Below the pieces are notes generated by a model. It saw only the letters and a program-made list of their open reading frames with translations, searched no databases and had not been told where the DNA came from. Shown in pieces: positions 15,780 to 28,435 of a stretch of 64,000 nucleotides of DNA (position 1 is its first letter; every line of letters begins with the position of its first letter). Source of the stretch: Octopus sinensis (lineage: Eukaryota); assembly GCF_006345805.1 (NCBI RefSeq), contig NC_042997.1, forward strand, positions 147,374,001 through 147,438,000, in the 5' to 3' direction. A program made the position numbers and the translations under genes.

Positions 15780-18180
15780 CTGACCCTTTAGGAAATCATA
15801 CCTCCTGTCGTAGGTTACAGGGAAGTAGTGCAGTAATTTCTTTATTAACCTTAAAGGTCTGCACATAGAGTGGACGATAAAAGGACAGAGAAAGGGTCGG
15901 GGGACGAATGGAACATATAATCGAAGATATATGTATATAAAATTCGGATGAGAATTAAAAATGAATGAAAAGCAATTTGATGAAGTGAGGCACGTGGCCG
16001 ACCCCACAAACCACATTCAAACACTGAATCCTTTAGTAAACTCTATAATTTCTCGCTCAAACATTTACTCTCAACACTCTTGCTACAGTCGTCCATCATT
16101 TCCGAACTATTCCGTGCAACAGGCATCTCCTCTCCATCCTTATTTTGCTTTTCATATGGAAAAGGAAAGGGTTCACCAACCCAAGGCTAGAGATGAAAGT
16201 GCCTGTCGGGATCCCTTTCAATCTCGTCTTTCACACTACTTCCTCCGGAGAAGCTACTACGTAGCGGAAACGAGCCTGCTATTCCCTAATGAAGGAAGAC
16301 AGCGGAACAATCTTAATTATAGACTCGGTTGACAGTTGTACTCTTCTCAGATGCGACAACAGTTGCTCGACATAAAACCATTGTTGTGCGTCACATCTAA
16401 GACGACCAACCTGCCCTCCGGGTCTACAAAGATAGTTCTTACCTCTAAACCCAGATTTTTCCTGAGTAGGACTGCAACTCCTACTCCACTCCCAGTTTGG
16501 CTTGGAGAAATAAATATCTCATAACCGTTTAGGAGAAGAGAAAAAGCTGCAGCCAGCTCAGTTTGGTTTCGGTAGTAACTACTAATTTCAAACTAAGCGA
16601 CCTGAGGTCGTCAAGGTGGGAGTTTTGCTTCCAATCCGAACCCAGATCGTGCACATTTATGCAACCTACGTTAAGCGAGAATATGAAGCAGTCTTACCTT
16701 TCTAGGAGGGAGAATGGTCATCCCTCCCCCGTTTTTCTTGCGTTGTGGTTTTGGTGGGGCTTTATGAATAGTTGATATAAATGAGACCAAAAGTTTTTTT
16801 TTTGGAAAGACCCAACGTCCTTTTTGAAAGTCTTTTATAAGACTGCATAGCCTGTTGAGTGAATTTGAATGAATCGTATGTGGGATGGAATAGATGGGTT
16901 ACAGGTGCACGGAATGGAGAAGTAGACGGAAAGTTTTGTATAACTGTGTAAGGTTTTCATTTTTGGTGTTTATAGAGGTAATGTTAATGTATTGTTGGCG
17001 GGGGGCGTGGTTGGGTAATTCTTTTGGGGGGGTTGTGTGTTTGTGGTGTTATTTGAGGTGGTGGGAATGTTGGTGTTACAGGAAGTGGGAAGGGGACTGT
17101 TACTTTTTCTGCTTTTCTTTTTTAGGGTGGCCGTACTCTACTCTAGGTCTTCTTTGGGTGATAGTTGCGTTCCCCTCTCTTCCGCCGTTCTTTTTTGTCG
17201 CTTCTTTAGGCGGCTGGCTTTCTTTCCTTGGTGAATCTTCTGACTTTGTTGGTTTGTTGATGGGCTTCGGTGGCCTTTTTCGCGCGCACTTGTAACAACT
17301 CGACCTTCGACCCTCCATCATGAGCCCTAGGCTGGTGTCTTCCCCAATTAAAATGGACTCTGGTAACTTTTCTAAATGTGCAGGGGTCGCTTGAATCAGC
17401 ATTTCGAGTCGTTGACCCTGCCAATTTTGTTGCAAGTATTGAGTGGCCTGGAGGATGGTTATTTTATCCTCCAAGCCCAGTGTAATAGCTGCCTCGGGAC
17501 AAGCCATGAGACAAGCAACCCCGGCGGAATGTCTCCTACCTTTACTTTGGAAGTACGTCTCCCAAGGTATGTCGGTAGGAGCACTAGTTCAATCGATTTG
17601 AGCGGAGTGGTTGAGTGTTGCCTGGCTAACTCCTCTGATGGAAATTTCACCTCCAGTAACAACTTTTTTGCCTCCAGTGATGTAAGTTATATCCTTCCAG
17701 ATGGGCTGAAGGCACTTTTCTATTGCCTCCTTTGAAGCAATCTCATTTTTCTGTTCTTTACAATATATATCATGTAGAACACGGTCCTCTTCTGGGTGGT
17801 AAGCGTTACCTCACTGGGTGGGTTTATTCTAACGTCGAAACCCTCTCTTCGAAGTATTCCCCTGTAATTTGTCCAGTTCTTTTTTTCTCGTAGAAACGTC
17901 TCTTTTATTCACGCTGGCGGCTGCAGCAAAATTGGTACTTTTTTAACAACTTTTAGTTCGGTATTTAACTTCGGGTTCGGTTATTGTTCTTTCCATTACC
18001 TCAGCAATCATTGCTCCTTCGTCCGAAGAGGAAACAGAAGTATCAGATAAATAAAAGAATAACTCCTCCATCATTATACGTTTCCTCTTTAGGGAAGGAA
18101 TAAACGCTATAAAACTGCTACTACGTCGCTAAAATTGGTTACAACAACAACAGCAACAAATAACGCGGAAGAGTCCAATA
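15780..18180 (-). mobile_element. Tx1/L1-clade LINE, internally deleted: ORF1 + APE endonuclease start + 3' UTR-like end
   Basis: ORF1 EVKFPSEE...LLPTYLGRR and EGRRSSCYKC; endonuclease CINVHDL...TETKL...GVAVLLRK...VDPEGRLVVLDV (about 16370-16690); AATAAAGAA near 15840. Confidence 0.75.
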
Positions 18181-18275
18181 TTGTAACTTAACAAAACAAA
18201 ATACCTTAGCAGCCCCAAAACATGTCTATCTAGCAAAGACACAATACAGTACTTGAACTAGTAAAAAAATTTAAA

Positions 18276-19463
18276 TGATGAAAATTTGATAGAAAACTGA
18301 AAACGAAAATAGTTAAATGTAACCACCCGAGAGTGGTGTTCAAGTGGCCACTTCACCTTAATTTTTATATAATTTCACCTTTCATCCGTTTTATGCTTTT
18401 TTCCCCCACTTGTATTGTTCTGTCTGTCCTTGTACCACTCATGCCTTTTATGCCCAATAAAGAATTTTGCATAGTAAAGAATCTTGCATATGTGATTTTG
18501 TTTGCGGCTGCGTACCTACTGTTACGTTCCTTGGAATACTGCTGCTGTTATTATTATTGCTGTTTCGCTTTCAGACTTGTTTTTTGTTTGACTTTCATTT
18601 CCTCAGTTTGGTGTAAAGAATTTTGAAATGGAGTGTTCGCCAGAACATATCGGGAGTTATGCAGCGTCGGCGGGTAGTCGCACAACAAACGCTACAAACA
18701 CATTGGAAATGCGAAAGGTAGTAATAAACCGCAAGAAGATTTGAAGTCACAGGGAGCTGCTCCAGAAGGAGGGGGAAAGCCTGCGGCACACCCCTCCAGT
18801 GGAAGTGACCAATAGTACCAGGAGAAGGACAGTGCTATACAGAACCCTGTTTTTATCTAGCAAGAAAATTGAAATAGCGACGGAGGAGGCTTTTGAAAAA
18901 TGTCTAGAATTATGAAAAGTGTAACCACCTGCTACACCAGAGCAAAAGAGTTCGGTACAGTGGAGGTGAGGTTTGCCACGGAAGAAGAGGCAATCAATCA
19001 CTCCACTGTACCTCTGAGATCACAGGAATGGGTGCTCCTGCCAACCTACTGCGGAAAAAGAGTCGCGAGAATCAGGGTTGGCACAGGATATCGCCAGAAA
19101 TAGAGGAAGTATGGTTGGTATTAGTCATAGCTTATGAAACGAAAGAAATCAAAGTATTGCAAGTTACAAGAACTTAGAAGCTAAATTGTTGGAGTTATGG
19201 ACTGGAAATGGTGGTCCAAGCCAGCCAAGAAGAATTAAATGTGATAAATACAGTAAGTAAAAGTTTTATTGATGAAAATTTGATAAGAAAAACTGAGAAA
19301 AGACCCAGTTAAATGTAACCACCCGAATGTGGGACTCGAGTGGCCATTTCACTTTCATTTTTCATATAATTTTTTCTTTCATCCTTTTCTTGTTTTGTCC
19401 ACACTTGTATTGTTGTGCCTGTCCTTGCGCCGTCTTTCGGGCTTTTGTGCCTAATAAAGAATT
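18276..19463 (+). mobile_element. Internally deleted Tx1-like unit bracketed by two copies of an about 190-bp 3'-end sequence
   Basis: Direct repeats 18276-18466 and 19270-19463 (GATGAAAATTTGATA...GTTAAATGTAACCACCCGA...AATAAAGAATT); between them an ORF1 piece EVRFATEEEA...LLPTYCGKR. Confidence 0.65.
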
Positions 19464-20378
19464 AAGCAGAGAAAAGGCGGAGGGTCAATACCAGTATCTT
19501 GAGTGGAACGATTTGCTAGTACATTATTATTATCCCGTTATATCGTACCTCGAACGTGCGATACAACAACTAGTAAGCTGCATGTTTATGGTAGTATAAT
19601 AGAATGTGCAAGACAAAATATTGACTATAGCAAACAAACTACTGATAACAAGTGTAATGAATAAAAGACACAGAAAAAGTAAAACTTTTGAAAAAAAATT
19701 GATATTATTACATAAAAGCAAACACACGGCAGTTGTATTGATAAAATCGACACCAGTATTTGATCTTGTTTCTGGCCTAGTGCTCACATTAGAAACAATA
19801 AGCTATACGTTTATTGAAAACTAACATAGAGGTGGGCGTGTGTAAGATTAATAAACGCTGTTCCTGCTACGATTACGTGGGTAAGTGATTCTTTTATTTG
19901 AAAGATTAGGTCAACAGTTTTAGGTCCTATACAATGCACACATACACATGCTCGCACTCTACGACACACACCGGTACAATACTAACCAAAAAATAACTGA
20001 TTTCTATGTTGTTGCAGCCAAATCATATAAATATCCCAATGTGTTAGGGAAAAAAAAGTCGAAATTAAATAGGCCTGGATGAATTACAGTTTAAAATATG
20101 ACATTATTACAGGATAAATGACATTACGAATAACTATACGTGAACTACATGATTAACACGATCCAAAAAATGTGATCGTTTGACCTGCAAGTAATCGAAG
20201 TTTAATTTCATTCAGACGATAGATAGCGCCATCAATATGAAAGGTAAGCTTTAAATAACAGACACAACTAGAACGCCTTTGAACATTGGTATCCTTGAAG
20301 GGGATCTACTAGAGGTTGAAGGAAAATACAAAAATATACAGTACATAAAATAGAAAAGAATCTCAAAAAACTACTCAC

Positions 20379-20736
20379 GGGCTTGTAGCATGGTGTAAAT
20401 ACTGTTTGCAGGAATGTCGATGAACGATGAGGCACCAGGTAATTTCTTGATTTTACGTACGATGCATACTTCATTGGAAACGCTGTAAATAATCATACCA
20501 CATTCGGAATATGTCACACAGTGAGAAAAGCATTCAACTTCTGATCGGATGTTTGATATCTGGATTAATTTGTCATCTTCTGGAATGGCAGTTAGAGGAG
20601 GTGCAACACGAGTCCCATAATATTCTCTGAAAGCTACATTACTGCCCAAGCATATTTGGAATAATAGCATTGAGAAAGTAAAGATTACGTAAAGATTTGC
20701 TTTATGAATGTCGTGACTAACTGAGAAGCAAAGCAT
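20379..20736 (-). CDS. Exon 1 of PAN/Apple + C-type lectin gene: signal peptide + PAN/Apple domain
   Basis: ATG at 20736; hydrophobic LYVIFTFSMLLFQICLG; PAN-like FREYYG...SEVECFSHC...ECGMIIY...VCIV; GTGAGT donor at 20373-20378, phase 1. Start codon choice is less certain. Confidence 0.82.
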
Positions 20737-20877
20737 ATTTGTTTACAATATTGTGATAGATGGAACTTCAAATGCTTTACTAGTTATTAAAGGATTATCA
20801 CTTCCCTCACAGAAGAAATCTCGTCTGCTTTATGTCTTTTGAAATAATCGTCCTGATTTTGCTTTTCGGTCTCTCTG

Positions 20878-20884
20878 TTATATA
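20878..20884 (-). promoter_or_regulatory. Candidate TATA box for the lectin gene
   Basis: TATATAA on the minus strand about 140 nt upstream of the ATG; weak evidence in AT-rich DNA. Confidence 0.25.
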
Positions 20885-21218
20885 ATAGAAGTGAAAACGT
20901 TTCCTGAAACAAAAGAAAAGGCGTGATTCTCTTCTCAAAGCCCAACTCCGAGTACTAGATTGACAACCTTTCACGGTGTGTTCTAAATTATAACACATAC
21001 ACACACACACACGTATATATATATATATGATAATCTGCATGTTCATTCACCCGTTATACATCAGTTAATTAGAGAAGTTGAGGTGGAGTGAATGAGATGT
21101 GAAGAATGAAAGAGGGAGGAGTAGAGAAGAAAGAAGAGAGGAATAAGTAGAGAAAATTGATTGATATTAATACACTTATGCCAAATGGTTACGTTATCAT
21201 CTGAAGGGAGGGGCAAAG

Positions 21219-21255
<37 letters not shown>

Positions 21256-21501
21256 AAGGACGTTGTGGTTAAAAAGTTGGCAGAAAGGAAAGGTAGAGAG
21301 AGATGCACAGGGGAGGCATCGTATTGAGAGGGGGAGAAAGAGAAGAACAGAGGAGGCAATTATTTTGAGAGAGAAAGAGGGAAGGGACAGATAACGGTGA
21401 TGGAGATTGTCTTCAGTGTAAATGAACCAAATATAAGCAAATTAACCAATTAGAAGCACATGTTCGAACTGCTAATTTAACCGTAAATAGCACAATAATG
21501 A

Positions 21502-21516
21502 TTATAGATAAATTTC

Positions 21517-21579
<63 letters not shown>

Positions 21580-21754
21580 TAATCGATGTATTAAATGTTA
21601 ATTTAAGGGTTAATATGTAACTGTAAATACCTTGCAACCTTGCGACTGCTTCCATTGTTGTTAACTAGTAATTGAACGGTAAATGTGTAAAATAAGGTGA
21701 TCTTAGTGTTATCACGTTAAAATTAAAAGAGAAAGAATAAAGTGAAACAATATT
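21502..21754. repeat. Inverted copy of 23877-24054, with an expanded internal (TA)n
   Basis: TTATAGATAAATTTCTTAAT, TAAATACCTTGCAAC and AATTGAACGGTAAAT match the reverse complement of 23877-24054. Confidence 0.8.
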
Positions 21755-22965
21755 ATAGTTTTATCACATCAGAATTAAAGTTGAAAGAATAAAATTGAAA
21801 CAATATTATATCACACAGGTTTTGTCACTGGCTCAGCACCTATGTTTGTGTTCTTCATTCCAAATAATAAGAACTTTAACTTACTTCCAAAATGGGAATT
21901 CTTCCATGTGAATCCGCGTGTGTATATGTGCAAGTGTGTGTGTTGGGGGGGGGGGGTTATGGTTTTAGTGCGCAAGAAAAATATTTACAGAAATGTACTC
22001 ATATAAATTCTATTAAAATAAGTTATCTTTATATGCCATGTTACCAATTCACTATATAAATGATAGGAAAGTGTGTATGCAATGAAATTAGAATCCTGGT
22101 TCAGTGACAGATCCATGAAGTTAGTAAAGTTTTAACGTTTTTGGTACCAACATATTCTCCCTTGTAATTAACTATTGCAAAAGAGAGAAAATGCTACCCT
22201 CTCTTTTGCAAGAAAAATGGAATTTGTCGATAAGGATTAAACCCTTGTTTCATTATCACAATTAAAAAGCGTTTATCTTTATTTAAACACAAAAAGAAGA
22301 GGTGGGGTCGTAGACCTATGACGGAGAATTATTCAATATCGTGTTTGCTTCTATCAGAATCGTTTACCTTTAAAGCGAAAAAACAAAACCGACGTATACG
22401 ACAGGTATGTAAAACATATTTCTGTTTACTTTCTCTGTACATTCGCATAAGCTGTAGAAGTTATTGTGCGCGCACTCACACAAACGCAGAAATTTTCCAG
22501 ACATCTAGCTGTTATTTTTGGCAGTTCATTTTCAGTTTTAGAAAACGGTATAGGGTGACGAGGGGGAAGGGTGAATGAATCAATTTTGGAATACTTCATT
22601 CATTGAACATTTAAAATTAAAAATTGTTTTTACCATATCTTTAAGCTCCGTATTTTCCCACGTAGATTGTAAAAAGAAAAAAATTGAGAAAAAGTTAATT
22701 TAAAATTTGTGAGGAGGGAAGAATTTAAAACTTTTGAAAACATGCTTCTTTTGCATATTCGGAATCTTCGTTATCGAAAATATAGGAATCCGCTGAAAAA
22801 AAGCAAAAGAATTCAAAAGGGTCGTATAGTGAGCAGGGAAAAGCTAGGGCCCCTATATAGGCAAGGGCCAAAATTTGCACCCCACTAGAACCTTCCGCGA
22901 GTAATGAAAAACCGTCAGGCCAAATTCGATGCAGATTGATCCAGCGTTTTGGCCGCGCATAGAGG

Positions 22966-23012
<47 letters not shown>

Positions 23013-23017
23013 CAGTG

Positions 23018-23070
<53 letters not shown>

Positions 23071-23174
23071 GATAATAAGGGTGAAAAATTGAATATTAAT
23101 TTGATTAATATCAATTTAAAACCAGTGGCCTTGCATATTGAAAATTCTGAAGATTCAGAAAAATTATATTACAT

Positions 23175-23668
23175 ACATAAAAGGGGTTGACCACGAAGTA
23201 GATATCCATTATGCTAGAAATTGACCCCCTATGGTATTACCACTAAGAAAAGATTGTTCTCAAGAAAATTCGGCAAACGCCAGAACGTAAGCGAGCAAGA
23301 TAATTGAAAAGACACAAAATATAATGGTTAATCACAAACCCGATTCCATTGTTATCACTTACGTAATTACTTACGTAAATGTCCGCAATTCTTTAGTATG
23401 ATCACCATAGCAAAATATAATTTGCAGAACGATACACGAGGCTCCCGCTATGACGATCACAGTGATGAATTGCGGACTTTACTTAAGTGGTAACAATGAA
23501 ATAGGGTTTGCGATTAATCTTTACGTTTGGCATCTTTTCATTTGTCTTGCTTTCTTACGTTCTGGCGCTTGCTGAATTTTCTTCAGAACAATCTTTTCTT
23601 AGTGGTAAGACTATAGGGGGGTCTACTTCTAGCATAATAGAAATCCACTTAGTGGTCATCCTTCTTAT
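23175..23668. mobile_element. About 490-bp near-palindromic MITE (arms about 230 bp)
   Basis: CATTATGCTAGAA..GACCCCCTAT.GT.TTACCACTAAGAAAAGATTGTTCT.AAGAAAATTC.GCAA.CGCCAGAACGTAAG present in both orientations. Confidence 0.85.
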
Positions 23669-23680
23669 ATGTATATATAT

Positions 23681-24082
23681 ATATAAACTAAGAATGTGTG
23701 TCTGACTGTCTGTCTGTCTGTATGTAGGAATCCCTAAAACTCGAGAAGTACCCAACCAATTTCATTCAAATTTTACACATGCATTACTTAGGGTCCATGG
23801 AGTGTTTTTAATGTCTTGCCTAATGCATGCTCGGAGCATTCGTCTAAACTGGTTCAGTATTACATGTGAAAAGTGAATATTGTTTCACTTTTAATTAAGA
23901 TCATCTTGTAGTACATATTTACCGTTCAATTATCAGTTAATAAGCATCGTAGCAGTTGCAATGTTGCAAGGTATTTACAATTACATATTAACTCTTAAAT
24001 TAAAATTTATTACATGTGCTTAATATATATGTATATTAAGAAATTTATCTATAACTAGCAGATATACCCGGCTTTGCCCGTG
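23681..24082 (+). mobile_element. Helitron/Helentron-like non-autonomous element(s)
   Basis: ATATAAACTAAGAATG + (GTCT)n start; ACTAGCAGATATACCCGGCTTTGCCCGTG at 24054-24082 (hairpin + CTAG end on the minus strand); second copy inverted at 27.8-28.1k. Confidence 0.55.
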
Positions 24083-25303
24083 TTACATGCAATTGAAGAA
24101 TTAGACTTTTCTGTTATATTTTCTGTATTGAACTGGAATACCTGTTTCAAATTTCATCTAAATTGCAGATGGGGGTTATTTTCCTCTTTACACACCCTAA
24201 AAATTGTAATCGTGCAACATGTATCCCATACTACTGATTTTTATGCGCATATTCCAAAAGTTCAGTCTTATTGAAACTGTTAAAAGGATTTTGCTCCTGA
24301 AAAATGAAGGTCATGGAGCTCTAAAATGTGAGAGTTAAGGTCCCTGTTGGGGGTGGGTGTCTTAATGTCAAGCAGAGAAGTTGACTTGTTGAGAATCTTT
24401 TTAACTTGGGTCTTATATCTATTGTTTGAATTTATTTGAAATAGGGAATATATGTCCACTGGCTTTGTAAAAGAGAGCAAAGCTACAGGAAGCCATAAGA
24501 CGAATGATCACAATAAGCAGTCAGCTACCCTACCCTAGTCGTTAGCACTCCCAATGTAGGATTCCTCACCATCCAGGTAACAGGCACAGCCGTAAGATGC
24601 ATTACGAATCTATAGCAATTGGAAGGGCGTGACCCAACTGAAATAAACATTAACAACAGTGTGACGTGAGGGCTAAGGGGAAATGAAAATGTCACCTCTG
24701 GAGTTTCCAAATGACAACTATACTGATACGTAACTGGACAGAATAAATTTACAATCTATAAATGTTTTTGAATGACGAGTTACCCATCTGGGAAGGCCTT
24801 GAAATTAATATTACCATCTGGGGACTATGTGTGACCCAGTGATAATAAAAAACTGAAAGGAGGTCTGCAATCATATAACTTTACTCAACACTTACAACTG
24901 AATCAGTGGAGGCAAAGATATCTCTCATTTACTTGACAATTTATGCACAACATTGCATAAATCGCAATGTAAGTGTATGTTAAAGCAAACTGACACACTG
25001 TTCTACCCCTGAATTACAAATAATGCCCATCTTTTAAGCTCGAGTAACCCTACAGCTTCCAAAAGTACAACTGTATTCGTCTTTGCTTAGATAAAATGAC
25101 AAAATTATGGGTTTTAAGTCCCCATGGAGGGGTATTTCTAACTTGTAAGAAGATGAAATTTTATAAATATTACTTGATTTGTGTCTAATATATATGGTTA
25201 AAATTTCATCAACAGCAAAAATATATGAATTGTCATGGGGGTTATGGCCCTTATGCATAGAATATAATTTCCAAATAAGGCCCCCATTAAGGTGTTATAT
25301 ACA

Positions 25304-25454
<151 letters not shown>

Positions 25455-25500
25455 TTATACATATATATATCGATACACACATACACAGAAACAAAAAGAT

Positions 25501-26154
25501 AAATTGATAGATACAACTGAGTGGGCAAACAAAAATATGAGAGACAGCCTAGTGCTTTTTTATGTTGATAAACCTGGTACTTATTGTATCAGTTTGTTCT
25601 TGTGATACCAGCAAGTTATGGGGTTGTAAATAAATGATCACCAGTTGTGAACCAGTAATGAGGGCGAAACACAGAGACAAAGACACACACACATACTCTT
25701 ACATATATATATACATATATATACGATTGATTTGTTTCAGTTCCTGTCTACGAAATCCATATATATATATATGTATGTATACACCCACAGACACACACAA
25801 ATATGAATTGATAGATACAACTGAGTGGGCAAATAAAAATATGAGACACTGCCTAGTGCTTGTTTTATTTTGATAAGCCTGGTACTTTTTCAATCAGCTT
25901 CTTCTTGTAAAACCAGTAAGTTATGGGGATGTAAATAAACGAACACCAGTTGTGAAGCAATGATGACACACACATAGAGTTATATATATATACATACATA
26001 TATATACGATTGATTTCTTTCCGTTTCTGTCTACAAAATCCACTGACAAAGCTTTGGTTGGTCTGAGGCTATAGCAGAAGACACATGCCAAGTCACCACA
26101 CAGTAGACTAAACTCAGGACCATGTGTTTTGGAACCACACAGTCACACCTGTAC
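25501..26154 (-). mobile_element. Octopus-type SINE with a tandem duplication of its 3' part plus flank
   Basis: SINE head at about 26154; blocks 25501-25759 and 25806-26043 are direct repeats. Confidence 0.8.
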
Positions 26155-26420
26155 CACTATGGCAAAAAAACGAAGAAAAACAACGAAATCAAACAATCGA
26201 CGCACGTTTCTGGATTAAAATCATTCATTTCCTTTATCCATAATATTCCATCTGAAAATGTGTGTGTGTGTGTGTGTGTATGGGTGTATATATGCGTGCA
26301 TGTATATATGTGTATATATATATGTACATATTACATCTATATATGTATATATCTACACATACATGTATACATATACACCTATATCTATAGAAATGCATCT
26401 ATACATATACATGTATATAT

Positions 26421-26483
<63 letters not shown>

Positions 26484-26821
26484 AATACCCTTCATCTGTA
26501 TTGATTATTTTATTCCCCTACGACGGAACTACGAATTCATTTTCGGCAGTATTATTTGTGACTCACGTGGGGGAAAATCTAGAGGGAGATACGAATTCAC
26601 TTGTCTATATAAATGTGGATATGCTGGTGGCTTCTATATGTCCGATATCGCTTGTTCGGAATATGGTGGTGAGATTTTTCTAGCATTTTCAGATTTATTT
26701 ATCGGAATATTATGTTGATAAAGGAAATGAATATCTGATTTTAATCCAGAAACGTGCGTCCATAATTGACCGGGCATTGTTTGATTTCGTTATTTTTCTT
26801 CGTTTTTTTTTTGCCATAGTG
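26155..26821. mobile_element. MITE with about 70-bp TIRs beginning CACTATGG (Transib/CMC-type ends)
   Basis: CACTATGGCAAAAAAACGAAGAAAAA.AACGAAATCAAACAAT...GACGCACGTTTCTGGATTAAAATCA at both ends, inverted; no TSD resolved. Confidence 0.75.
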
Positions 26822-26999
26822 AGTTACAAATACTGTTGTTTGAGGGACATATTTTTGTAGTAAAAGAAATAACAGTCGTCTGGCTGCTATTTCTAATACT
26901 TTCGGTATGTGGTCTAGCAACCTGTTGCAAAGACCCTGAGTGTTATAAATTTATATATATATATATATATATATATACATACATCCATATTTATACATG

Positions 27000-27142
<143 letters not shown>

Positions 27143-27160
27143 CATCCATATATATACATG

Positions 27161-27241
<81 letters not shown>

Positions 27242-27244
27242 ATA

Positions 27245-27470
27245 AATATTAGGGAATGAATCCAAAATTACAGGGAAAAATCAGATTTAGGGTTAAATCC
27301 AATTTATAGTAAAATATTATATAATATAATTCGAGACAAAACCACTATTTTAAAACCAAACAAGGAAAGACTTAATCAATACATAAAATTTTAATATAAA
27401 TTAAATAAACCGCCACTACAAATGTTTCATGTCTGCTCCGACAATCTCCAGGTGGATTTTCGATCTTCTA
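27245..27470 (-). mobile_element. Penelope pLTR-like fragment between (TA)n runs, carrying a hammerhead motif
   Basis: Hammerhead fold at 27413-27455; partial homolog at 1090-1165. Confidence 0.55.
27413..27455 (-). ncRNA. Minimal type I hammerhead ribozyme motif, probably inactivated
   Basis: CCAC-CTGGAGA-TTGTC-GGAGCA-GACAT-GAAAC-ATTT-GTA-GTGG: stems I, II and III all form; core differs from CUGANGA at A6G. Confidence 0.65.
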
Positions 27471-27537
27471 TATATACATCTATATGTACACATCTATCTA
27501 TAAATCTATCTATCTATCTATCTATATATGTATATAT

Positions 27538-27642
<105 letters not shown>

Positions 27643-27799
27643 TATTTACATGCAAATTTAAATTTAAAATAATAAGGGTGAAAAATTGAATATTAATTTG
27701 ATTAATATGAATTTAAAACCAGTGGTGTAGCATATAAGACCATAGCGGATCTTCTTCTAGCATAATGGATGTCCAGTTACAGTTCATCCCTCTTATATA

Positions 27800-28098
27800 A
27801 TAGTTTCAATTTAATAGTTTCAGTATTAAAGTGAAAGTATTAAAGTGAAATCACGGGATATTACAATAGAGACATATTTTTCTTTCACTTTTGACATGTA
27901 ATACTGACATAGTGGAGAAGACACGATTATTGCTGCGGGGTCGCACTATGCAAAAAGTTAAAATTTGTTTTTGCCCATGACACTACCTGCACCCTAAGTA
28001 AGGCATGTGTAAAATTTGAATGAAATTGGTAGTGTAGTTCTCAATTTTTAGGGATTCCCACAGACAAACAGACACATTCTCAGTTTTATGTATATAGA
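27800..28098 (-). mobile_element. Second copy of the Helitron/Helentron-like element at 23681
   Basis: Reverse complement AAAACTGAGAATGTGTCTG...GGAATCCCTAAAA.T.GAGAA.TAC...CCAATTTCATTCAAATTTTACACATG. Confidence 0.7.
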
Positions 28099-28311
28099 CA
28101 TTATTGTGGCAGTTACGGTTAAATTAGTAGTTCTTACATATGCTTATTTTTGGCTCATTTACATCGGCAGAAGTTAGAGAGTAAGTCAAAAGCTGAGAGT
28201 TTCATGTATTGACAATTATCAAACGCGAATTTGGCCATTGTCACTCTGTAATTTCTGCCTATTATTAATGTATTTATATATATACGTACACTCACACACA
28301 CACACAAACAC

Positions 28312-28362
<51 letters not shown>

Positions 28363-28383
28363 TATGTATATATATATGTATAG

Positions 28384-28435
<52 letters not shown>

